Virus record (IMG/VR): IMGVR_UViG_3300005589_000017
Coordinates: 1 to 37,793 of that record
DNA: 37,793 bases
Direction: 5' to 3' (one strand)
DNA from: a virus
Lineage: Duplodnaviria; Caudoviricetes
The position numbers and the translations under genes are program-made. Position 1 is the first letter of the stretch, and each line of letters opens with the position of its first letter. Of the stretch, positions 16,785 to 26,533 are shown one piece after another. The notes beneath the pieces were generated by a model, which searched no databases, was not told the DNA's origin, and worked only from the letters and a program-made list of their open reading frames with translations.

Positions 16785-19700
16785 CGTTAATACATTAGGT
16801 TCTAACATTTCATATTCAACAGATGATTTGAATAGAGCTTCAAACGAAGGATTGCTAGAGAAAGCTAACAGAACTAATACAAGTGTATTCGACACTCTTA
16901 AATCTATGAATATTAATACTGCATTAAAAGACCCAGTTGCAGCAGAATTTATGAATGAGGTTGCTAACTTCGGTAAAAATAGAGCTGAATATGCTTTTAT
17001 GCAGCCAATTAAAGCACCGTCATACGCAATGGGTGGAATACCTAGAGCTATGGCTAGATCAGGTGTAAACTTGGTAGGGCAAGCTGGTATAGGTCTAAGA
17101 AGATTGTACGACGAGAATGTAACAGAAGTTTCTCAAAAAATGCAAGAAGTTGATAGACGATCATTAGAACTAAGAGAAAAAGGCGAAGAGGTAACAGTAG
17201 GTAAATTGCTTGAAGGTGTAGATGATAAGATAGATTATTCAGAAGTAATCAATACTAACAAGCAATTAAGATACGGGCTAGATAACTTTATTAAGCAAAT
17301 GGACTTAGAAAGAACAGGCGAGGAAGGCTTTATATCTGATCTATCAGAGGGGGCTGTTAGTATGGCAGGTGCGTTAGGACTTACTTACCTTACAAAAAAC
17401 CCACATTCTGCAGGTGTTATGTTTGGTCTTATAGGTAAAGAAAGCGTACAGCAAGAATTAGACGACATGGGATTAGACTATGAGAAGGCTCGTAACTTTG
17501 GTGTTGCTGGAGGATTAGTAGAAGGTGGTCTTGAGTTTATAGGAATTGATTTATTATTCAGAGGAATGAAAGGTAATACTGCATTAAGAAGAATGACAAG
17601 CGGCTTTATTACAGAAAGTATTCAAGAAGCATCTCAAGAAGCAGGTCAAGATATTGTGCTTGGTATGGCAGGCAAAGAGATAGATGTAACAGAAACTATC
17701 GAGAATGCAATGTATTCAGGTTTAATTGGTGGTATATTAGGTGGTGGAGTTAGTGGCGTATCAGCTGTTGACTTTAACGACTCAGTTAATAATCTAGGCA
17801 AATCAGGATTAAATAAAGATGTAGCAAAAAGCGTTATTGATAAAGTTAGTAACAAAGTTGTTAATTCTCAAGAAGCAGTAAATGAAGTTACTAGTATGGT
17901 AAAAAGAGAAAACTCTAACATGACTTATCAAAACTCTAATATGGTAGACGGAGTTAGTTATTTTCAAGAAGAGTTTAACAAAGTTGCTCAAGATAAAGAT
18001 ATGGTGCAGAACCTATTTAACGTTCAGGAAGAAGCACAAAATAGATTTACAGAAGCAGGAGTTGAAGAGGAAATATCTAAACTAGCATCAGTAATGGCAC
18101 AATCTGATTTTGTAATGCTTAATAATATGCAAGGAATAACCAAAGATGAATATTTAAATAATTATTTGCCTAAAGTTATAAGATCAGAGGAAGATGCTGC
18201 TGATTTAAGGCAAGGTGTATTTTTTCAAGATAAAGTTTATACAGAGCAAGGAAAGGCTGATATAACAACGCCAGAATTCAAGAATTGGTTTGGTGATAGT
18301 AAAATAAAAGATAAACTTGGAAAGCCTAAAATTGTCTATCATGGAACAGCAGAAGAGTTTGAATCTTTTAGCACAGAAAAGAGTGCAGGAGGAGAAATAT
18401 ACTTTACAGAAAGCAGAGAAGATATAGAAAAAGGCGAAGTTGGTGCTGCTGGAAGAGGTAGAATACTGGATGTTTATTTGTCATTGAAAAATCCAGCTGA
18501 CTGGGACCTGTATGATAAATATGGTAAAGAAGAGCTTATTAGTAGAGGTTATGATGGTGTTATATTAGAAGAGCAGGGCGAGCCTACAGTTTATATAGCA
18601 TATTACCCAGAACAGATAAAATCTGTAAACAATATTGGTAAATTTTCAAAAGAGACAGCTGATATTTTTAGACAAGAAGATATTACTGGAGTTAGAGGCT
18701 ATTATAATGTTTCTACAAATACAATTAATTTATTAAAAAGTGCAAACAGAACCACACCACTTCATGAGTTCGGGCATGCATTCATGACACATACAGAGCA
18801 ACTGAACAGTACTTTTAAAGAAGATTCAGGCGTAGACTTTCCAGTTTATCAAGAAATGGTTAAAATGGTTGGAGAGCCTGTAAATGGTAAGTTTTCGGTT
18901 AAACAACAAGAAATGTTTACTAGAAACTTTGAGCAATTTATTTATAATGGTAAAGTTAAAAATGACAATATACGAGAATTATTCAAAACTGTAGCTAATT
19001 GGTTCAAGAGTATTTACAGCAGTACTAAAGGTTTAGGCGTGGAGCTATCAGAAAGATCTAATAATTTCTTTGATGATATTCTTTCAAGCCCGTATATTTC
19101 AGAAGATAGATTCTATCAAACCAGCTTAGAGACTATTCAAGACTTAAGAACAAAGATAGAAGAAGGCGAAAAGATTACAAAAAAAGATATCGAAAGCCTA
19201 AGGGAAGTTGAGAGCAGACTAGAGAAATTTGAAAAAACTACAGCACTTGAAGAAGTAGTTAAGGAAATAAAAGAATTTAGAAAAGAAGCAGAACTTCCAA
19301 AGGGAATAGCTGAAGAATTATCTATTGCAGAAATGGAATTAAATACCATACAAAAAGAGACTGCTAAGAGCAATCTTAAAGCATTAACTGTATCTAGCGA
19401 TAACATAGACACATTTATAGAAGAGAATGTTCTTAGAGCTTTTAAATCAGACATGAGCGACGCAAAGAAAGCTAGCTATGAGAAAAAACTAAGAGATACT
19501 CAAGATTCTCTACAATTACATAGTATTGTAAAGGATATGAACTCAGATATTTATATTGCAAGTGCGAATATTACTAAAGATAAGTATAACAAAGATATAC
19601 AAAACAATCTAAAATTATCTAAGCCAGTGACAAAAGGTCCACGTGCTGTAGGTAAATATGATTATGAGACTAACAAAGTATTTGAGCAGTTAAGAGAATA

Positions 19701-21828
19701 CAATAGATTAACTCAACAAGATGCTACTGAAAAGCTTACATTGTTGCCACAAGTTAATCAGCAAGATTTTGTTCCGAGTGAATTAGATTCTATAATGGAA
19801 AGATTCTTACTTTATAAATCACAAGGTAAAAGAGGTAGTGTTGAGCTTTATCGTCAAGTTTCTGAAGATATGAACAGATTAACAAAAATTGGTAAAGATT
19901 CAAAAGAAGATCAAGAATTTGTTGATAATATTAATAGACTTAGCAATGTTAATGAGGCTATTGATGGAATAGAAAACACAACAGGAGACTCTGAAAAGTT
20001 AGCAACACAAGCTGCTAACTATCTTCTATCATCTACAGGTAACTTAGAAAGCTATCTAAGAGCAGGCTTTGCTGATAGATTTATGGAAAAATGGAGCTTA
20101 CTGTTAAACCAGAAAAAAGAATTTGTTGCAGTTTCTAACTCTGTTGATAATGTTTTATCTCAAAGTGCAGATATATATGGGATTAAAAAGACTAGAGATA
20201 ATAACGAAACTCTTAAGAAGATACAAGACTTAGCAGTAGAAACAGATTTAAGACTTGTTAAAATTGGAGCAAAAGGCAAAGGCAAGAAACTTTCTAAACT
20301 AGATATTATGGATATTTACAACTCTATCAAAAATGATAACATTATGCAAGATTATTACAGAGTGTATGGAGCTCAACAAATTGATAGTATTGTAAATAAT
20401 TTAACTGATACGGATAGAGCCTTTGCAGATAATCTTATGGATACTTTAGGTAATTACTATTCTAAAGTTAATAATATATTTGTTAAGCTATTTAATAAAG
20501 ATATGCCGAATGTTAAGAATTATTGGACTTCTTCAGCAGAGAATCAATCAATAGAAGATGTATTCACGACATTTATTCCTGAAAGCACAACACCAGGATT
20601 CACCAAACAAAGAGGAAGAACTAGAGAGCCATTCCCAGTTAATGCTTTTAGTAAAGTGGTTAAGTATATTAATAGTGCTGAATATTTAGATAATGTGGCT
20701 ATTCAGTATAGAGATCTGATGAGAGTTGTAAAAGATACTAATGTTAAGGATAGTTTGGTAGATAAAAGAGGCGAAAAATATTATAACGATCTATTAAAAA
20801 CTATTAGAAACTCTTCATTGACACAATTACGTAAAGATATGGATGCAACAGAAACTGCTATTAATACATTATTAGGTAACTGGATTACTGCCAAAATTGG
20901 TTTTAACCCAGATGTATTTTTAAAACAACTTATTTCTACAGTAAACTACGCAGAGCAAATGCCAAGTACTGAATTTGTTGGCGGTTTATCTAAAGGTTTG
21001 GCAAATCCTAAAGAGACGTTTGACTTTATGTGGAAGAATAGCCCATACTTACAGGCTAGATTTAACGGTGGTTATAGTGAAGCCTTGCAATTAGCTTTAA
21101 ATGGCGCAAATCAAATGCCAAAGGCAAGAACAAAACTAGGCGAATTAAAAAGCTTCTTAACATTAACTACAAGATTAGGAGATGTTGGGGCTATTGTTTA
21201 CGGGGGATTTCCTCTTGTTCAATATAATATTAACCAAGGTATGAGTAAAGAAAAGGCTTTTGAGGAGTTTGAAAAAGCTACATTAAGATCACAACAATCA
21301 CCATTCTCAAGCTCTTTAAGCAGTTGGCAAAATGCTAAAGACCCAGTTAGAAGAATGCTATTTTCTTTTGCTAATACACCATCACAATATTCAAGAAAGA
21401 TATATGAGAATGTAATGGCTTATCAAAATGGAGATATAACAAAAGCACAGCTATCTAAGGTTATAATGATATATGCGGTTATAAACGGTTCTATATATGC
21501 TTTAGAGGGTGCTATGATGAAATCACTACTAACAGGTGGAGATGAGCCTATTGATGAGGATGACATGAAACAGGTAGTTGTTCAAATAGCCTTAACACCA
21601 CTTGGAGGTATACCTATTATAAAAGACGCCTTGGGCGGAATAGCAAGAGCTTCTGTAGGACTTCCTGTAAGTAGAGGTTACCAAGTACCAATGATAAGTG
21701 ATATGATGAGTATTGCACAGAAAATGTCATCAGGCGATTATTTAGATGTAATTAAAACAGGTGGAGAGCTTACAACAGGGCTACCAATTAAAAAATACGA
21801 AAAATATTATAAAACTTTGACAGAATAA
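16774..21828 (+). CDS. Large ejection / polyvalent protein with ART-PolyVal-like and HExxH metallopeptidase-like domains
   Basis: FKNWFGDSK..GKPKIVYHGT, IYFTES, GYDGVI, PEQIKS; TTPLHEFGH; Gly-rich hydrophobic N and C segments. Confidence 0.8.
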   Translation: MTDNVNTLGSNISYSTDDLNRASNEGLLEKANRTNTSVFDTLKSMNINTALKDPVAAEFMNEVANFGKNRAEYAFMQPIKAPSYAMGGIPRAMARSGVNLVGQAGIGLRRLYDENVTEVSQKMQEVDRRSLELREKGEEVTVGKLLEGVDDKIDYSEVINTNKQLRYGLDNFIKQMDLERTGEEGFISDLSEGAVSMAGALGLTYLTKNPHSAGVMFGLIGKESVQQELDDMGLDYEKARNFGVAGGLVEGGLEFIGIDLLFRGMKGNTALRRMTSGFITESIQEASQEAGQDIVLGMAGKEIDVTETIENAMYSGLIGGILGGGVSGVSAVDFNDSVNNLGKSGLNKDVAKSVIDKVSNKVVNSQEAVNEVTSMVKRENSNMTYQNSNMVDGVSYFQEEFNKVAQDKDMVQNLFNVQEEAQNRFTEAGVEEEISKLASVMAQSDFVMLNNMQGITKDEYLNNYLPKVIRSEEDAADLRQGVFFQDKVYTEQGKADITTPEFKNWFGDSKIKDKLGKPKIVYHGTAEEFESFSTEKSAGGEIYFTESREDIEKGEVGAAGRGRILDVYLSLKNPADWDLYDKYGKEELISRGYDGVILEEQGEPTVYIAYYPEQIKSVNNIGKFSKETADIFRQEDITGVRGYYNVSTNTINLLKSANRTTPLHEFGHAFMTHTEQLNSTFKEDSGVDFPVYQEMVKMVGEPVNGKFSVKQQEMFTRNFEQFIYNGKVKNDNIRELFKTVANWFKSIYSSTKGLGVELSERSNNFFDDILSSPYISEDRFYQTSLETIQDLRTKIEEGEKITKKDIESLREVESRLEKFEKTTALEEVVKEIKEFRKEAELPKGIAEELSIAEMELNTIQKETAKSNLKALTVSSDNIDTFIEENVLRAFKSDMSDAKKASYEKKLRDTQDSLQLHSIVKDMNSDIYIASANITKDKYNKDIQNNLKLSKPVTKGPRAVGKYDYETNKVFEQLREYNRLTQQDATEKLTLLPQVNQQDFVPSELDSIMERFLLYKSQGKRGSVELYRQVSEDMNRLTKIGKDSKEDQEFVDNINRLSNVNEAIDGIENTTGDSEKLATQAANYLLSSTGNLESYLRAGFADRFMEKWSLLLNQKKEFVAVSNSVDNVLSQSADIYGIKKTRDNNETLKKIQDLAVETDLRLVKIGAKGKGKKLSKLDIMDIYNSIKNDNIMQDYYRVYGAQQIDSIVNNLTDTDRAFADNLMDTLGNYYSKVNNIFVKLFNKDMPNVKNYWTSSAENQSIEDVFTTFIPESTTPGFTKQRGRTREPFPVNAFSKVVKYINSAEYLDNVAIQYRDLMRVVKDTNVKDSLVDKRGEKYYNDLLKTIRNSSLTQLRKDMDATETAINTLLGNWITAKIGFNPDVFLKQLISTVNYAEQMPSTEFVGGLSKGLANPKETFDFMWKNSPYLQARFNGGYSEALQLALNGANQMPKARTKLGELKSFLTLTTRLGDVGAIVYGGFPLVQYNINQGMSKEKAFEEFEKATLRSQQSPFSSSLSSWQNAKDPVRRMLFSFANTPSQYSRKIYENVMAYQNGDITKAQLSKVIMIYAVINGSIYALEGAMMKSLLTGGDEPIDEDDMKQVVVQIALTPLGGIPIIKDALGGIARASVGLPVSRGYQVPMISDMMSIAQKMSSGDYLDVIKTGGELTTGLPIKKYEKYYKTLTE

Positions 21829-21845
21829 GAAATTTAATTTATAGT
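21817..21845 (+). promoter_or_regulatory. sigma70-type promoter for the fibre gene
   Basis: TTGACA-17-TATAGT. Confidence 0.6.
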
Positions 21846-21865
21846 ATAATAAGGAGATACAAAAT

Positions 21866-23422
21866 ATGGCAGTAACAACAGACAATTATCAACCAGAGAA
21901 ATATTTAGGTAACGGAATTACAACAGAGTTTAGTTTCGATTGGAAATTATTTGACGAGAATTATTCAGTAGTTTTACTAGAAGATGTAACTACTGGTGTG
22001 CAAACAGAGCAAGTATTAGGAAGCGACTATACTGTTACGTTTGATGATACTGGTGGTATTGTAACATTCTTTACAGCCCCTACAAATCAAAATTATGTCA
22101 TTATAGCAAGAGATGTTGCAAAGACACAAGAATCACGTTATACAACATCAGATGGATTCCAAGGTAATAAACACGAAGATTCTTTTGATAAAGTAACTAT
22201 TATTACTCAGGACTTACAAGAAAATTCAGATAGGCATTTAACATATCCACTAGGAACTAACACGTCAATTATAGATAACACAATACCAGTTCCATCTGTT
22301 GCTAATGCAGGAAAAGCATTAGTTAGTAATGAGAATGGCGATGGTTATGAATTCAGTGAAACAAACGTAAATGATATAGACGAAGCGGTGGATGAAGCAG
22401 CAGCAAGCGCAGCAGCAGCGGCTGTGTCAGCATCGAATGCAGCAACAAGCGCCAGTAATTCCGCTACAAGTGCTAGTGAATCAGCAGTAAGCGCAGATGA
22501 GAGTGAATCAAGTGCAGCAGATGCAGCAGCAAGTGCAGCAAGTATCATTACAGGTGCAGAATTAGGCTCTGTTATACCTTTTTACGTTGAAACGTTACCA
22601 CAGGGTTATTTAGAATGTAATGGAGCTGTTATTAATAGAATTACGTACCCAGAGCTTGTAGCTTATTTAACAGGTGATGAAGTAACACCAACTGCAACAC
22701 TTCCAGATTTAAGAGGTGAGTTTATACGTGGTTGGGACAATGGGCGTGGTATTGATACTGGCAGATTGTTATCAAGTAGCCAACTAGATTCATTAAAAGA
22801 ACACGAGCACTTTACAGTAAATAGTGTTGGTAGTACTGCTGGTCTTTCTGCATCTAATTATCTTTCTCAAAACTCTAATAACGCATTAGCTAACAACGAC
22901 TATAATTTACGAGGGACTTCAGGCGAAGCAAATATTGGTCTGACAAGTTCTACAGGTGATACAGAAACAAGACCTAGAAACGTAGCTTTTAAATTTGGTA
23001 TGAAAGCATTTTCTACTACAGATAATTCAGGAAGCATAGACTTAGAAGGCTTAGAGCAAGATGTTATAAATAATACAGCTGCAATTGCATCAAATACCAC
23101 AGATATTGCTTTAAACACAGAAAAAGGAGAAGAAACTGTTTTGTTTGTTGGTAATGCAGGTGTTAGTACAATTACTTTAAACGATGATATAAACAATTAT
23201 AAATCTTTAGAAATCACAGCAACAGATTCCACTGGTGCAATAAATATAAACATAATTACAGTTGGAACATTTAAGACTACAACTTCATCTAGAGCATTAA
23301 GGTTTACAGCTTCAAGCTCTACAACAAATAGAATTCTTCTGTGTTACTACGCTACAGACACAAGTATAACAATAAATAACGCTACTAGTATGACGGTTAC
23401 AGAAGTGAAAGGTATTAAATAA
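21866..23422 (+). CDS. Tail fibre (T7 gp17-like N-terminus, Ala/Ser coiled region, tail collar domain)
   Basis: YLGNGITTEFSF...DYTV; AASAAAAAVSAS; PQGYLECNG...LPDLRGEFIRGWDNGRG; ETRPRNVA. Confidence 0.9.
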   Translation: MAVTTDNYQPEKYLGNGITTEFSFDWKLFDENYSVVLLEDVTTGVQTEQVLGSDYTVTFDDTGGIVTFFTAPTNQNYVIIARDVAKTQESRYTTSDGFQGNKHEDSFDKVTIITQDLQENSDRHLTYPLGTNTSIIDNTIPVPSVANAGKALVSNENGDGYEFSETNVNDIDEAVDEAAASAAAAAVSASNAATSASNSATSASESAVSADESESSAADAAASAASIITGAELGSVIPFYVETLPQGYLECNGAVINRITYPELVAYLTGDEVTPTATLPDLRGEFIRGWDNGRGIDTGRLLSSSQLDSLKEHEHFTVNSVGSTAGLSASNYLSQNSNNALANNDYNLRGTSGEANIGLTSSTGDTETRPRNVAFKFGMKAFSTTDNSGSIDLEGLEQDVINNTAAIASNTTDIALNTEKGEETVLFVGNAGVSTITLNDDINNYKSLEITATDSTGAININIITVGTFKTTTSSRALRFTASSSTTNRILLCYYATDTSITINNATSMTVTEVKGIK

Positions 23423-23423
23423 T

Positions 23424-23723
23424 ATGAAATTTACAATAAATAAAGACGGGTCTTATTCACATTACGGTACAGACGGTACTATTAATTTCGATGACACGTT
23501 CAATGAAACTAACGAACCTGTTAATCATAAATATATTGATTGCAAATGGATTCTTGACGAAGAGAAACAAAAAGAAACAGATAATAATTTAATCTACAAG
23601 CAATTAGATGAATTAGCAGAAAAAATGCTTTATAACGAAAGGTATTACGGCACTGATAGTTATGAAGCTACACGACTAGAATTAGCAGACAAAAGAAAAG
23701 AGTTGTTAATAAAACTAAAATAA
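23424..23723 (+). CDS. Putative tail fibre assembly protein
   Basis: Directly after the fibre gene; KWILDEEK and helical C-terminus. Confidence 0.55.
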   Translation: MKFTINKDGSYSHYGTDGTINFDDTFNETNEPVNHKYIDCKWILDEEKQKETDNNLIYKQLDELAEKMLYNERYYGTDSYEATRLELADKRKELLIKLK

Positions 23724-23740
23724 GAATAGTAAATAAATAA

Positions 23741-23765
23741 TTGGGTAGATAACTTGGGTAGATAA
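23741..23765. repeat. Tandem 12-bp direct repeat TTGGGTAGATAA
   Basis: Copies at 23741-23752 and 23754-23765. Confidence 0.85.
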
Positions 23766-23783
23766 AATATAGGAGAATATATT

Positions 23784-24047
23784 ATGACTACATTAACCAA
23801 ATTTGATACCACATCAGAATGGCAAGAGCTTACTGGAGTTACTGGTACAGCTGGAACATTTACATTACAAAATACTGGTGGAGTATCTTTCAGTATATAC
23901 GAAGGTGCTACACCTGTAGACGCAGATGCTTTAATAGTGAGCAGAAAAGGTATTGATAATGAAAGTTCTGTTTACGTAGAACCTAACAGTAATAAGATTT
24001 GGGTTAAAAGTTCGCTACCAACCCGTATATCTATTACAGAAGCGTAA
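23784..24047 (+). CDS. Small beta-rich virion protein (putative)
   Basis: RBS AGGAG; TLQNTG and KIWVKS patterns. Confidence 0.6.
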   Translation: MTTLTKFDTTSEWQELTGVTGTAGTFTLQNTGGVSFSIYEGATPVDADALIVSRKGIDNESSVYVEPNSNKIWVKSSLPTRISITEA

Positions 24048-24059
24048 GGGGATACGATT

Positions 24060-25754
24060 ATGACAATAAGATTCGTAAGCACGCTAAACTTAAATAGTAG
24101 CGGTGGAGGTGGAACTACAGACAACACAACAGACGAAAGAATCCCATATAAGAAAGCATCTACAACATCTTTTGAGGACTCACCTTTTAGATTTGATGTT
24201 GCTAACAATAAAATTGTATCAGATGTAACAATAGAAGTACCACCTGGTACTGTACAAGTTGGCGAAGGTCTGGAGATTTCTGCAGCTGGTGTTATACCTA
24301 TATTTAGGTCTGGACTTACAGGCATACAATATTTTGGAGTTTTTTATGAGGTAGATGATACAGGATCACAAAAACCTTTTACAATTGATTTTGACGCAGA
24401 AGAGACTGTTGTTCCGCAGCCTGATTTTTCAACGTCTATACCTCTTACAGGTACGTTCAATAATACAGTGTCAGCTAATGAGATAATTAACGAGTTTGCA
24501 ATTAAAACAGATCCTGGAGCTACGCTAACTGGTGCGAGAATACAGTTTGTTTCTCAAACAACAGGCAACCCTATATTCTATTATCCAAGCAAAAAAGATT
24601 GGGAAGATGGGATTGGTGCTGACTTAGTTGCTGATGGTTCAGGTATCGTTAGACTAGACATTAGAGACACACCTTTAGGGCTGTTAGTAGGTGAAACAAT
24701 TATAAATAATTATGCTATTGATTCTGGAGTATTGTATGGTAATTCTTCTAATATACCTTATCAAGAAATAGTTAGACAGGTTGGGACGTTTAAAGAACTA
24801 GTTGATGAGAGCGACTCTGTAACTAAACTATCAGATGTTTCAGATGCAGGTTCAGGTGCTATCATAACAGATGCAGAAAGAACTAAGCTTGGAAGTTTAA
24901 CAGGTGGGCGTTATCTTGGTGTATTTGCTGATTTAACAGCTTTACAGACTGCTCATCCGACAGCAGTCGCAGGAGATACCGCAACGGTAACATCTCCTAA
25001 TGGTAATTTATTTTATTGGAATGTATCAGCTTGGGCTGATTCAGGCACTGGTTATTTCGGTAATATGTTAAAAGCTGAATATGACCCAACAAATATTGAG
25101 GGCGATGCTTTCAGCATGGGCAATATGTCAGAAACAACAACTGCTAAAGTATTTTCTGATGTTGAAAGAACAAAGCTTGCAGGAATTGAAGATAATGCAG
25201 AAGTTAATAATATTTCTGATATTGATGCAACTGCCTTAACAGGTGGTGGCAATACAGCACTTCATTATCATGATTCAGATAGAGATAGAGCTAACCACAC
25301 AGGAACTCAATTACATACTACTATTAGCGATTATGACACTGAACTTGCAGGTACAGCAAATACAGCATCATATACTCCTACAACAGATTATCACCCAGCT
25401 ACTAAAAAGTATGTTGATGATAATGCTGGTGGATCAATAAATACTATGACTATAACACCTACTGCTAATATAGAGAATTTAGACGTTTCTAGTTTGTCTC
25501 CGCTAGGTGTTTTGTTTGTAGATAATGATGCTAATAGAGAACTAAGAAGTTTGGCTGGTGGAACACATGGAGATATCATCCATCTTGTACATATTTCAGA
25601 TGATGATCTGAAGATTAAAGATCCAGATAGTTATACAGGTCAACAAATAGAAACACCTGGTAGTGCAGATAGAGTTCTCATTGACTTTGGTGGCTGTACA
25701 TTAGTTTATAATAGTTCAAAAGATTTATGGTTTGCTACTGGATTATATTATTAA
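24060..25754 (+). CDS. Second fibre/spike-like virion protein
   Basis: Repeated ERTKL; DRANHTGTQ and HPATKKYVD fibre motifs. Confidence 0.7.
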   Translation: MTIRFVSTLNLNSSGGGGTTDNTTDERIPYKKASTTSFEDSPFRFDVANNKIVSDVTIEVPPGTVQVGEGLEISAAGVIPIFRSGLTGIQYFGVFYEVDDTGSQKPFTIDFDAEETVVPQPDFSTSIPLTGTFNNTVSANEIINEFAIKTDPGATLTGARIQFVSQTTGNPIFYYPSKKDWEDGIGADLVADGSGIVRLDIRDTPLGLLVGETIINNYAIDSGVLYGNSSNIPYQEIVRQVGTFKELVDESDSVTKLSDVSDAGSGAIITDAERTKLGSLTGGRYLGVFADLTALQTAHPTAVAGDTATVTSPNGNLFYWNVSAWADSGTGYFGNMLKAEYDPTNIEGDAFSMGNMSETTTAKVFSDVERTKLAGIEDNAEVNNISDIDATALTGGGNTALHYHDSDRDRANHTGTQLHTTISDYDTELAGTANTASYTPTTDYHPATKKYVDDNAGGSINTMTITPTANIENLDVSSLSPLGVLFVDNDANRELRSLAGGTHGDIIHLVHISDDDLKIKDPDSYTGQQIETPGSADRVLIDFGGCTLVYNSSKDLWFATGLYY

Positions 25755-25760
25755 TATATA

Positions 25761-25797
25761 TAAGGCGGTTGAAAAACCGCCTTTATTTTGCTATAAT
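25761..25797 (+). terminator. Intrinsic terminator overlapped by a promoter
   Basis: aaggcggtt-gaaa-aaccgcctt + T tract; TTGAAA(25769)-17-TATAAT(25792). Confidence 0.75.
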
Positions 25798-25825
25798 GTT
25801 TATTATTAATTAAAAGGAGATTATT

Positions 25826-25960
25826 ATGCCAAAAGGAAAAGGATATAAGACAAAGTCTAAAACGACTAAAACCAAAAAGGTTGCAGGTCGTAGACCAAAG
25901 GCAGCAAGAAATACAAATGCTAATAAGAAGAAGAAGGCAATGTCTTCACGTATGGCATGA
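25826..25960 (+). CDS. 44-aa highly basic peptide (not in the ORF track)
   Basis: RBS AAAGGAG; MPKGKGYKTKSKTTKTKKVAGRRPKAARNTNANKKKKAMSSRMA; ATGA overlap with the next gene. Confidence 0.8.
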   Translation: MPKGKGYKTKSKTTKTKKVAGRRPKAARNTNANKKKKAMSSRMA

Positions 25961-26274
25961 TTATAAGAGATATATTATTATTCATATGGGCTACTATTCT
26001 ATTTGCTAATCCAATCATGGTTAGCTATATGGATTATGCTACTCTATGTCAGTTAGAAATAGCTTACGTATTATTTATGATATTATTAACTAATAAAATA
26101 TACGGAAATAAAATAAGCACCTCATTAACAGGGGTGTTTTTTGCTTATTATATATGGATATTTGCAACGGATCCGTTTTTAAAAGACTTCCCTTTATGGG
26201 TAAGTAACTTAGAAACAATGGTTTTTTGCATAGCAGCATTTTATAGAAGTTCAGATTTGACAAAGAGACGATAG
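25957..26274 (+). CDS. Multi-pass membrane protein
   Basis: 3-4 hydrophobic segments. Confidence 0.65.
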   Translation: MIIRDILLFIWATILFANPIMVSYMDYATLCQLEIAYVLFMILLTNKIYGNKISTSLTGVFFAYYIWIFATDPFLKDFPLWVSNLETMVFCIAAFYRSSDLTKRR

Positions 26275-26285
26275 CGTGTTAAAAT
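26257..26285 (+). promoter_or_regulatory. sigma70-type promoter for the lysis cassette
   Basis: TTGACA-17-TAAAAT with TG extension. Confidence 0.65.
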
Positions 26286-26320
26286 ATTTATAGTTTAGAT
26301 TATAAATTAGGGTAGAATAA

Positions 26321-26533
26321 ATGAATAATAATTATATAGAGGCATCGTTAATTGGAGCGTTCGTAACATTGTATGATGATATAACTATATGGCTTTCTGA
26401 CTACAGACATTATTATATAGTACTTATGATTATATTAATAATAAATGCATCATTAGACATGAGGAAAAAGTTTTCAGAAAGAAAGATTAGGAAAATAAAA
26501 GAAAATGATAGAGGAATTAAACGAAGTTCTTAA
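26321..26533 (+). CDS. Holin/antiholin-like membrane protein
   Basis: Hydrophobic segment and basic tail, upstream of the endolysin. Confidence 0.55.
   Translation: MNNNYIEASLIGAFVTLYDDITIWLSDYRHYYIVLMIILIINASLDMRKKFSERKIRKIKENDRGIKRSS

Noticed and set aside
22393-22542. GCA/AGC-rich repeat as a DNA repeat element
   Set aside because: Encodes the ordinary Ala/Ser-rich coiled segment of the tail fibre
2975-25579. Minus-strand ORFs inside + strand genes (e.g. 5588, 6065, 7222, 8150, 9559, 9772, 16493, 17646, 19137, 22345, 22900, 23972, 25052) and the out-of-frame 25243..25440
   Set aside because: Shadow frames of well-supported genes; no RBS or recognisable motifs
21866-25754. Diversity-generating retroelement or invertible fibre cassette
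   Set aside because: No reverse transcriptase, template/variable repeat pair, invertase or inverted crossover sites seen
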